Below, in pieces: positions 28,449-39,139 of a DNA stretch of 64,000 nucleotides (positions within the stretch are counted from its first letter, which is position 1; the number at the start of each line of letters is the position of its first letter). The DNA lies in assembly GCA_040954595.2 (NCBI GenBank), contig CM082580.2, positions 6,207,519 to 6,271,518 on the forward strand, written 5' to 3'. This stretch comes from Balanoglossus misakiensis. Taxonomy: Eukaryota; Animalia; Hemichordata. Below the pieces are notes generated by a model. That model searched no databases and was not told the origin of the DNA. It was given only the letters and a program-made list of their open reading frames with translations. The position numbers and the translations under genes were made by a program.

Positions 28449-29266
28449 GGCTGCATTCACAAACACCTCTGGAGGGGGGGGGCGGGAGAATTCAATTTTT
28501 TTTACCGCTAATTTTCACATGCCCCCCTTCCGAACTGCCAATATTTTCAAATCCCCCCCCTCCGAACTGCCAGAATTTTGAAATCCCCCCCCCCATTTTC
28601 TTTCACAGAGCAAAACACATCACCTATCTATCTTGTAAAAAGAAAAACAGCGCTCCCATGAAAAGAATTTGAAACTGATGTTTCCCCTCATCAGTGGGTA
28701 TTAAAACTGAACATTGTTTTTATTGTTTTTATTTTTTAAGTACATATATTTGTATTCTGTGTTGGGAGACATTGTACACCGAGAATTGAAGGGGGTGGGT
28801 TTGGGAGGGGGTGTCCCCCTCCCACGTAAGAAAATTTTCTAAAATACAGAGCTCAAAGCTGCATTTTAATGAACCCGGCAAAAGCAAATTAACTCAACTA
28901 CCGGTATGTTGGGGAGGACAAATTTAACCGTCGCCGCTCCAAGTTATCATGGGGTGGGGCAAGTCCCCTGACCTGGGACACTAGATAAACCAGTCAATGA
29001 TTGAAAGGTGTTGATGAATGGAGGGGGTGGGTGTGGGAGGGGGTGTCCCCCTCCCACATTAGAAAATTTTGTAAATTAAAGGGTGTGAAACTGCATTTTT
29101 GTGGACTCAAAATAAATATTTAGTCGTTAAAGTTTTCAAGTCCCCCCCTTTCAGTCCCAAAATTATTTCAAATCCCCCCCCCCTTACATACCCTCAATTT
29201 TTTCAAATCCCCCCCCTCAATTCTCCTGCCCCCCCCCCCCCTCCAGAGGTGTTTGTGAATGCAGCC
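28449..29266. mobile_element. Non-autonomous PIF/Harbinger-type MITE (818 bp) in BAMBI intron 2
   Basis: TIRs GGCTGCATTCACAAACACCTCTGGAGGGGGGGGG...CCCCCTCCAGAGGTGTTTGTGAATGCAGCC flanked by a TTA/TTA 3-bp TSD (28446-28448, 29267-29269); internal ttcaaatcccccc repeats; no ORF. Confidence 0.88.
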
Positions 29267-30881
29267 TTATGGGAGAAGGTGATCCGAATTAATCCCGAAC
29301 CCGAGTTGGTAAAGCCGCGGAGAATACATCTAATAGAGTCCGTGTTGTCGCGTTGACAAGAAGCCTACTTTAGCGCCAGACTTTGTGCCGACATGCAAAA
29401 CGATTCAAGAGCACTTCATGGTTTGATTGACACCGCGCAGAAATAAATCATAACTGCCGCATTGCTGCATGGGACAGCGGCAGCCATGGTATCGCGCGCG
29501 GGGGGGGGGGGGGTTAGTATTGCTTTATCCGATGCGGAGTTCGAAGGTCGCGGGTTTTAGAGCAATTCGCTACCACCGCCATTACATCACAATCGAGTTT
29601 CTTTTTTTTTTTTGAGAATCCTGAGCACAATGGACGGGGCTCATTCTCTGACAAAACCAATCAAAACGGAGCCGTAGGAGTGAAATATACGAGGTCGTGT
29701 TACTCGTTTTTTTTCGCCGCTTTACTACAAATCCCAAGGCGCGAGATTTGGAGACGGTGTTCTGAGTCAAACGAATCATGCAAATGAGGAGTGATGTATG
29801 TACCCATCACACCGCCACGATCGGTTAATAGCACGGAGCCTGGACACCTATGGAATATCGTATAGACGTTTCGTTGTTTCTATCTGGCATTTTCTTCGGA
29901 AAATTCTAAATTACCCTCTCCCATAAATTATCACCACCACCATCATCATGCAGGATAAGAGAATATGTGGGGTGGACTTGGATGGGTGAATGGTTAGAAG
30001 GGGCCGCAGGACTCGATTGTGCATCCCCCGATTCTTCATCTCCATGAATTTACACGTTAATGACTTTCTTAGCTTTCGAAGTTACCATTGTGTTTTTTCT
30101 TCGGGTGCTTCCAACGCCATTGCGCCAACTCTTTATCTCGTGTGATTCTGCACATCCCATTAAAGCGCTACCTTGCTTCGTTTGATTATTATAAACCGAA
30201 AACCTCCCTGCTTCGACAAAACGCCAACGAGTGGCAGTATTGCGTTCCTCCTAAAACGGTGATAATAGCCGAGATAGTGGAATTTGGGGAGGGGGTGTAT
30301 CCACGCGACATTAAGTTTGCACGCTCTCACAACTGTCGATCTCATTCACCGGCGGTCCACGTCAACGAGCGAAAGCCCCATCTGTTCTAAAAAGACACGG
30401 GCCGAACCGGGGGCGACTGGTATTCGCCGACAGTCGGAACTACTAATAGCTAGCCAACCTGTCAACCGACGAGAAAGTTAGCCACGCGTTTGATTTTGTT
30501 GAAAGCGAGAGTTTTGAAAGACGCTAGATCAACTTTAGGTCACCAAATTTCCCCTCACCTTACAGCAGACGTCGATAAAGATTTCTGTATCATGATTTTT
30601 CGAATTAAATTAGACATATTATTCTATATGAAGCATGGTGTAGGCCCAGAGTAGTTTTCCAACGCGTTCCCATAGTAGCAAGTAAACTTATCGGTCCATT
30701 TGCAGGTTTTTTTTCTTGAAATTAAATATGCATATAGTCCACGCATGGTACCCCTAATGGAGTTTTCAAAGGGTACGGAATACCAATTTATACTAGTCGG
30801 ATCCTGTTCAATAAATAACAGAAATGACTCCACCACAGACGATTTAATTTTTTCCCCTTTGTTCTTTTCTCTTGCCGACAG

Positions 30882-31297
30882 ATTTCACCGAATCGCAGAT
30901 GGACACGGCGCATGATCTGGTGGTGCAGTCGAAAGCGGTCTGGTTCCGCGCAGCTGTCATCGCTGTTCCAATCGCGGGAGGATGCATTTTAATTCTTCTC
31001 ATCGTGCTGGCTGTGCGCATGCTCAAAAACGAGGAGAAAAGATTCAAGAGACTTCAGGCCAAGCGGCGGGAGACGCTGAACGCGCTCCACAGGGGTTGCT
31101 ACGACAACAGGAACTTCAAAAATGTACATATTAATAATTTAGAAAACAATTTACAGACTGGCAAGAAGAAGTACAAAGAGACGAAGTCGACAAAAATTAA
31201 CAACGACGAGGTGAAAAACGTGAACGAGTTCGCAAAGAATGTTGTGGTTGTACAATGGGACAAACATAATGTAAATCAAAACATTGATGTCGTGTAG
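30882..31297 (+). CDS. BAMBI: BAMBI coding exon 3 (TM and cytoplasmic tail)
   Basis: Polypyrimidine tract and gacag|AT acceptor; WFRAAVIAVPIAGG TM motif; TAG at 31295-31297. Confidence 0.95.
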
Positions 31298-34200
31298 CAT
31301 CAGGCCCAGAATTTTAAAAACCCATCTTTTTCCACCCCCGCCCCCGAAAAGTTGCATGTACATAGATTATGCTATATAGATTGATTTTATCTCTTATCTG
31401 TAAATTATATATATTTAAATAAGTTAAAGCGGCAGTCGAAAGTGGCTATTTATGGAAAAAAAGAAATGTGTAATTCTGAGCTCTGAGAATCGAAACAATG
31501 GACCATGTGGCGTGGATTGGAATCGAAAAACATTACAGGGCTCTTCATACACACTCATCGCCTGCATCTGATTTCCCCATTTGTGATCGTTTGAAGGAAG
31601 CAAGCTCGCTTCTGAAATCAGTAGGTACCAAGAAAAAGAAAACACATTGGGCCTTACACCACAACATAAGAGACTTCTTGGAACCAGAATCAGCAAAGGA
31701 CGCCATGACCCAAATCGTGGAAATCGCAAAAATAACTTCCCAAACCGCACATATACCAGGATGACGTAAAGTTCCCGCGGATTCGGAACCTGTAGCGTGA
31801 AACCTGGACCTGTGGACACCCACCGCCTTACCCGAGATGCGCGCGCATGTGTGTGTGTTTGTTATTTGCTATCACCGGTGCCTGTCCAAGACTCGGCACA
31901 TTCAGGAATTTTGGAAGATGGCAATTAAAAGATGTTATAGGATGTTACCTTTTGAAGCCAAACGCACTCTAAATGTATCTGTAACACGAGAAGAGGAACT
32001 CTCTTATCTTGGACCATTTTCAATGGAAAAGAATAATGTATACAAATGTCACTAGCTATATCGATGTTACAAGCACTTTATTTCTATGGATATGCATTTA
32101 TTCATTTTCAACTGTACAGTGCGTTTTTCTATGTGAACTTTTTTCTAAATATATGAAATGAATCAAAATTTTAATATGCAATTTATCGAACTTGTCTTTC
32201 TTGTTTCTTGTAATAATGCCATTTCCTGTCTCTTTGTTCGTGTATTCCATATTTGACGGATATCGTAGACTTTTCACAACAACGATACCAGTCAAATTGA
32301 ACAACCTGAAAGGGTTGTTCCTGGTTGTTAGTATCGGTTCTTCGCCCAAAATAGTTGCCACTTTCAGCATTGAGCCGACCAGAGCGGAAATCGCCCGGGA
32401 AGTTCAGACGAGAACTCATGGCGACGCTGTTCTGCCTCTCCCACTGAAAATGTTGCTGACACACAATAGGTGGGCACTGTTGGTTTTTCTCTCTCGTCTC
32501 GACTCACTGAACATTATGGACAGGAACCCATCAATCAGATCGTTGGTGAGACTCGATAATTACAGGGTCTGGTTTCTCCCGAATGCCCATAAAAACAAAA
32601 CGACTTCTGTCGTCTGCGTGTCACGTTGTGCATTCTGAGCAGAACCGGCCGCCATGTTGGAAAATATCGCAAGGATATAAAGTATTTCTCTGGGTAACAA
32701 ACACAAAAAATAGTTGAGACTAATTGCCTACGCCATGGAGGTAGACAAGAACCGAAAGTCAAATTAAGTATCAGGCTTTTAAAGTAAATGTCAAAATACC
32801 AACATTTCCGAGTATCCGTACTACATTACTCGCTAAATCTCATGGATGACGCGCAGTTTCAGTGGTGACCCTGTATTAAGCGTATCGTAATCTGTTACGA
32901 TTAATATAATATGACGTAAAATTTTTAGAGGAGTTTTGAATTGCCCCCATTTTTGTTGACCGCCTTTTCCTACCCACGCGGCAAGACTTCCATGTTTTTT
33001 TCTTCTTCTTCATTCCTGCCCCGGGAAGTAAAGTGACCTGGTCGGGGCTGAAGTGACCTTAAAGCGGTAGAAAGCCGACGCGCCACAGGAGATCTCATTT
33101 CACCTGTCAGAAGCGATAACGTGACCTACATTTTGACGACAGAAATTTTCGTGTCACCACCGTCCCCGTATCCCCTTTCCTGAAATTATCCCGAGTGAGT
33201 GAACTTTACACGGCTCCGTGATAGCTCATATAAAGTGAACCCTGCTCGTAGTTTTGCTTTAAAAACATTTTTCGGAGATTTACGAAGTCCCGCTGAAAGA
33301 CTGCAATAAAAAACCCAACATTTTCACAAGAATTATGGAGTGTTTATTTTGTTTGTTATTCAAGCTTGTCACGTGGGTTGGCGCTGGTGTATGTTCTTGT
33401 TCTTGGTGACCGACATGTTTATAAACGGTGACACCCTAGGGCAGAACAAACTGTTATTCTACGCAAGCTGTGCTTGGCTATCAGCTATCAACGGGAGGAG
33501 AGCGATCCCTTCTCTAATTATCGAATGGGGGCGCACTTTTGCTGAACGCTATAGTCAAATCCCAGAATCCAATCCAAGAGCCATAGTTAGTTGTTAAACT
33601 TTCGAATGTAAGCCCATTTATTTTGGGGAAGCCTCCCCTTGTCGTGAGAGTAAACTACCCTATGGCGATTTTCGACATAATCGCTTTGTTCTAGGTTACT
33701 AGGGCGGCAAAGGACAGCGAGGGAAATCGAACAACATTTCGTTTTGAAGTGAGTTATTACCCCGGGGTGTTTACATGATGCAAACGTGATATTTTATTGG
33801 CGAGCAGACGACAGGATATTCAAACAGAATGGAATTTATGCCCACTGTTTCCTTGGTCATGCTTCATATGGTAATGAGTTGTTTTCCGAAATAGACTTAT
33901 TAAGACTAAAATAGCACCGAAAACAACGTTTCAGTACGCCTTATTTGTGCGGCAGTCAATCCGCCCGGATCGTGAGGAACGCTACACGGGCAACGATGAA
34001 CATAAAACGCACGCCAGACCGCCGACATCAAATTCGCTGACGTCACTAATTGTAGGTTACCGTGTGCTTTTTTTTCTCACACAGTGTCAGAACTGGAACA
34101 ATGGGACGTGCCAGGGATGGCATCAATAGGAAGGTATTAATCTTGTCACAGCGCCTGTGGTTAGGTGGACCAACGGCCCATGAAATCGTGAAATACCCCA

Positions 34201-36571
34201 ATAAATATTTTCAAGATGAGAGAGCGTCGCCAATACTGTCTGTCACCATCGTTTTACGAGAATTTCGGTTCCAGACTACAAGAGGAGACTATAAACAATC
34301 TTTCCCGCCCAATAATTTTTATTTTTATGTCAATTTTGTTGGATATGCAGATTAATTTATAGCGTAGTGGCACGGTACCTGGTAAAGGGGAATATATTTT
34401 TCACACAGGAAAATCGATCAAGGATTACCACACAGGCTATATACATGAATAACCCATGGTAATTTGGGAAAATTCCGAGGGGAGGGGGCTTTGGTTGCCA
34501 TTCTCTGTGTACACTTCCACTTTTGAGTCAGATACGGGTAGTCGGTCATTCCCTATTAAGGCAGTCGAATTTCGCAACATTGATAAATCGATGGACCGAC
34601 CAACCAGAAAGTAAACATTAGTCGAGAAATAAACAACACTGATAAATCAATTTCGCTGGCCGCAGTGTAACGTAACATAACATCTCCATTTCAGTAACGT
34701 GATTCCGAGCGAGACACTTTCGAATAGACCGAGATATACAATAATAAATTTGTATCGAGGATATTCCAAAAACGTATTAAACGTTGACTTGGATTTTATT
34801 CAGAAAAAGTAATGTTCCCGCGATCGATCGCGTTTTACGGCACAGTATTCGTCTACTATAAGTTGGAAAAATGTTTATCATTTATTTTGCTGTATGTCCG
34901 TCCATCCATCCATCCATCCAGTCAAAAACTGCTAGGTTATTGTGTCCGAAGCGGGTCGAGACGGAAACATGTTGAAATGGTGATTATGGTTGGCAAAAAC
35001 ACACACAATAAAAGAGAAACCGATATTTCCGAGGTGCAAATAACTTGCCTTTGTTTCAAGACAATGGCGGGAAATAAATTAACATGACATTTCAAAGTGC
35101 CGTCGTGTTGCCGACACATAAAAGAGATGCGTGGAAGATGAGACAAAAGGTGTGACTTTCACTGGGCCTTGTGCCGGTCATCCGGCGGCGTGGAGGCAAG
35201 CTGTCTGCCCGCATCTCGCCACATAGTCTGCCATATCTCAAAGAGGTGTCAATGATCTGGTAGCGGATTTCTGCAATCTGCTGCCATATTGGCCATTCAC
35301 ACACAAGTGTCGAGCTCGTGCGAATTGTTTTAACACCTTGAAGATACCGTAATAAGGTTCCCAGTCTGACATACTATTAAAAAATATACATGTATATTGT
35401 ACTACGTTTCTTACCCAACGCTCCATTTTAGTTTTTACTCATCTAATACACACGTATGACTATACCATGTGCACCAAAGTGCTCAAGTCACGAACGGATG
35501 TATTTGTTACAAAATACCGTATTTCTAAACAACCCAAACCACACGCGCGCAATCTCAGATACAATTTATGCGTCTGTTGGTTTTATCCACCGACAAAAAT
35601 AGACACACACACAAAGTAAAAACGTTTTATTGCCCACCCAAATGAAACAAGCACAAAAGGAAAATTCTGTCGGGGCAACGCAAAGCTTCGTTCACACATG
35701 TCCTAAACGTTAAATTCATTCACACATGGCACACCGACGAAATTAGAAAGTCCGTCGATGGAACAAAGGACTTTGTGTATGTGTTTTTACGACAAGTGTG
35801 TTTTTATTGAATCGCTTCTTTTATCTGGCTCGTCAAATGTACCGACAGAATTGATACTACTGTTATTGTTGACAAGTGACTCGTGAACTGTAACGTCATA
35901 AATTTTAGTCACTACTCAGTGGTCTTCACACAAATACAGACTGTTTTTATAACGTACAACTTTGAATATACAGTAATAAGCACAATTATAAAAAAATCTC
36001 ATATGGGCCTATTTACTGATGTAGATGTCAGTTACATAGGTACTTTTTGAGGAAAAAAATTATTTCCTTTCTGGAAACATTTGTGATTTCGGTCTATTTG
36101 TGTTGGGACCTTACGCGCATGAGCGAACAAAGAAAGGCTTGAGAAAAAGTCACACTTCGCCGTTGGCGGCGGGTACAATGTCACATCAGTACATGTACAA
36201 TAGTATTGGGCTATACATGTATAAGTCGCGGTCTAAAACTGAAATCTGATACCCAATGATTAAATATGGGCATTTTGAATTTATTTTAATTAATTAATTC
36301 ACTGCTTGTAGGGCGTGTATTCAGTATAATACAGGTAGCACAAGTTCTTTATATCACATATACTGTATTTTAATAACAATAGGAATATTTGCATACGAAT
36401 AGCCATTAAAATATACGTGTATTCCTTTCTCAATTCCCTGGGAAGACATTTCACAAAAAACAGACACCAAAATCGACGCTTGATAATGTGTGTAAATTAA
36501 CCCGTATTTTAATAACAATTGTAGATATTTAACATTAGAGAATTTTAACAGAGTTGTTCCATACTGGTGCA

Positions 36572-36590
36572 TCACCTCACTCAACCGTAG
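36572..36590 (+). promoter_or_regulatory. Putative snRNA proximal sequence element (PSE)
   Basis: tcacctcactcaaccgtag lies at about -69 to -51 from U1 +1 and resembles the TCACC-initiated PSE at the expected distance. Confidence 0.55.
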
Positions 36591-36640
36591 TAAGAGTTTT
36601 AAAGTCCTAGTACATAGACCCACTGAACATTATTCAAAGC

Positions 36641-36807
36641 ATACTTACCTGGCACAGGGGTTAACCATGATCATGTAGGTGGTTCCCCCAGAATGAGGCC
36701 CGCGCATTGCACTTCGCGAGGGTTGATATGTCTGCGATCACCCCAAATGTGGGTGACTCGGGTGCATAATTTATGGTAGTGGGGGACTGCGTTCGCGCTA
36801 TCCCCTG
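36641..36807 (+). ncRNA. U1: U1 spliceosomal snRNA
   Basis: Starts ATACTTACCTGG. Has the U1A loop ATTGCAC (36706), stem III GATCACCC-CAAATGT-GGGTGACTC, Sm site AATTTATGG (36768) and terminal stem GGGGGACTGCGTTCGCGCTATCCCCTG. Helix changes are compensatory; 167 nt. Confidence 0.96.
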
Positions 36808-37353
36808 ATTTCTCAAACTAAAAGGAAAGAACTTGTTCAAAGCACATCTGTTGTTCTCTCGACCCCATGAGTCTTTTTCACGGTTAGCAGACAATTATTG
36901 TACAAAAATCTGTCCAATCCTTGCGAATTTTGACATCGCCTTTTCATTGCATTCAACCATTCAACATATCCAACAAAGAAAGAGACACTTAATATTTCAA
37001 TGGAAAGTTTTAATTTATTCATTTCGTTGATAAATCATTACAGATATGTGTTTCACTGATATATTACATTTATGGTTATTCTGAGTTAATCAAGTAGAAA
37101 CATATGACTAGACTCTGACTGGTGGTTACTTAGAAACATTTCTGTTCAGGAATTCAAAAAATATTTTTTCCTTTTACAAATACTGTACACTGGTAAAGAA
37201 CTGCCTCTACAATATGCTGTGACAACATGCAAGGGAAAATTAATTTTTTATTTTTGTAACATGAATTTTTATGGTAGGAAATTTACATACATGTACAATT
37301 TAATATAACTGGGGAAAAATACCTAGAAAATACAAGTTGAGGGCGCATTCAAC

Positions 37354-38989
37354 ATGGCGCAAGCTGTTTGCAGAGCTGGTAGGTTTTTTCGTATCTTCTT
37401 CAAAAGTAGCGAGAGTTCAACAAAATCGTTTGGCACAACTATATTCAAACCCATTAGTCCCAGAACGCGCTAACTTTTATTCCGAAATGTTGCTTTCGCT
37501 GTTGGGACAAAAGAAGTTTTCAAGGTACTCCAGGATGCTGGGGTTGCTGTTGATAGTCACTTGGAGCCTGGAGGCTGTCGATGTTACTTTCAGGCAAGTT
37601 CGAACAAAAACTGCGTGAAGTGGAAACAGTTTCAGTTCATTCGTACGACGATACCGTCATAGTAACGGCTGTTTACGTCGATAACGAGCTAGATGACAAT
37701 TTTGTACAATATACATGTATATTGAATTGAAGCACCATGCGGAGGTTTTAGCCTCAAGAAAGCACGTTTACAAGGAACACCCAAGTGTGTATATTGACGG
37801 CATCAGGCACTACCGCATGAAGATAAAGAAGAATATTCCCTCGGTCTTGAGAATTGCCAACAGTAATGTGAGCATTTTCTACCCGGGACAGACAAGAAAT
37901 TGTTTTAAATGTGGTAAACATGGCCACATTAGCAAGGAATGTAAAGACCTTAGATGTTTCAAGTGTCTTGAAAATGAGCACACATCTGACGTGTGCCAAA
38001 GCCAAGTCAAGTGTACCATCTGTGGTGAGCAGGGTCACGTATTTTGTGCGTGCTCGCTTTCCTTTGCAAAAGAGAAATTGTCAGTCCATTCGTATGATGA
38101 CACAGTCATTGTTACGGCAATCTACGTGGATAATGAATTGGACGACAGTTATGTCCAATACATTCTGAAACAGTATGGGGAGGTCTTAGCCTCGCGAAAA
38201 TGTGTCTACCAGGAGCATCCCAGCGTGTATAACGGAATTAGGCAGTACCGTATGAAAATAAAAAGCAACATCCCCTCTGTTTTACGAATAGCGAATAGAA
38301 ATGTTAGCATTTATTACTCAGGGCAAACAAGAACTTGCTTCAAATGCGGTAAAAACGGTCACATAAGTAAAGAATGTAAAGATCTTAGATGCTTCAAATG
38401 TTTGGAAAACGGGCATACAGCAGACGTGTGTGAAAGCCCAGTTAAGTGCACTATCTGTGGAGAGCAGGGTCATGTATTTTGTGTGTGTTCACTTTCCTTT
38501 GCGAAAAAAGTTTCGCTGACTCATACGTGGCAAGCGGCATCACCTGCTGAGACAGAAATAGATAAGGACAGTAGTGAGGTCACCCCGTCTGCCTAGCAAC
38601 AACATAGTGAACCAATCACCGACACTCTGTCTGACATGGAGATTGCACCAGCTCATCGCCAACGTGAACACTCGGAGGTTGATAGCGACACGTCACCATC
38701 GGAAGCGACATTGGACAGCGATGACGTGGCAAACAAAAAGAAACGCTCTGTGCCTTCTTCCATCGCTTCGGAGTTGGACAAATAAGTTTTCAGAGGGCAG
38801 GATTCTACGCACAGCGACATGGCTAGCGATAGATTGGTTATTGACGAGGGGGAGGGGACCCTTTCCCCTGCGTCTACAGTTTCAGCTCATTCAGAATCTG
38901 CCCACGAGTCTGATTCTCCTATAGAAAACCCTTTCCCTGATACTGCATCTCCTCCACCAGCGCCTACCACTTCGTTGCAAGCCCGTTAA
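37354..38989 (+). pseudogene. Decayed L1/Tx1-type retrotransposon ORF1 (ZCCHC3-like gag-type zinc knuckle) with a duplicated core module
   Basis: Two ~146-codon modules (from 37632 and 38081), each SVHSYDD...GIRxYRMKIK..IPS...Y.GQ.R.CFKCG..GH...C plus two more CCHC knuckles. Frameshifts in the N-terminus and at 37712-37730. In-frame stops at 38594 and 38783 interrupt a Ser/acidic tail ending at TAA 38987-38989. Confidence 0.8.
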
Positions 38990-39106
38990 AGAACCTACTC
39001 CTTCATTATTTTGGCTTAACTGTACGATATGCTCGTGAAATGTACACAGTAGGATGGTTTAGACCCGGCAGTGCTGGCCTGCAGCACCGAATGTCGTTTG
39101 TCCCAC

Positions 39107-39139
39107 CATGGAGGTACTAGGTCTCTTAGTACCTCCATG
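39107..39139. mobile_element. 33-bp minimal P-element-like insertion
   Basis: CATGGAGGTACTA-ggtctct-TAGTACCTCCATG (13-bp TIRs) flanked by a perfect 7-bp duplication GTCCCAC (39100-39106, 39140-39146). Confidence 0.75.

Larger units (their letters stand above)
7218..31297 (+). other. BAMBI: BAMBI gene span: join(7218..7302,15920..16249,30882..31297), ~276 aa BMP and activin membrane-bound inhibitor
   Basis: Signal peptide, then Cys-rich ectodomain IRCYCDAPHCVESGYMCKS...CCREDMCNY, then TM WFRAAVIAVPIAGGCILILLIVLAVRML and a short kinase-less tail. These segments closely match vertebrate BAMBI signatures. Both introns are phase 1 GT-AG and join in frame. Confidence 0.93.

Noticed and set aside
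28500-28600. Short direct repeats as a CRISPR-like array
   Set aside because: Eukaryotic context, no unique spacers, part of a MITE interior
461-36623. Numerous 60-175 aa ORFs around and inside BAMBI introns (e.g. 17701-18228, 12116-12601, 24896-25387)
   Set aside because: Mostly non-ATG starts, with no domain signatures, codon bias or coherent splice structure
38594-38596. Programmed stop-codon readthrough in the ORF1-like frame
   Set aside because: Further stops and frameshifts indicate simple decay
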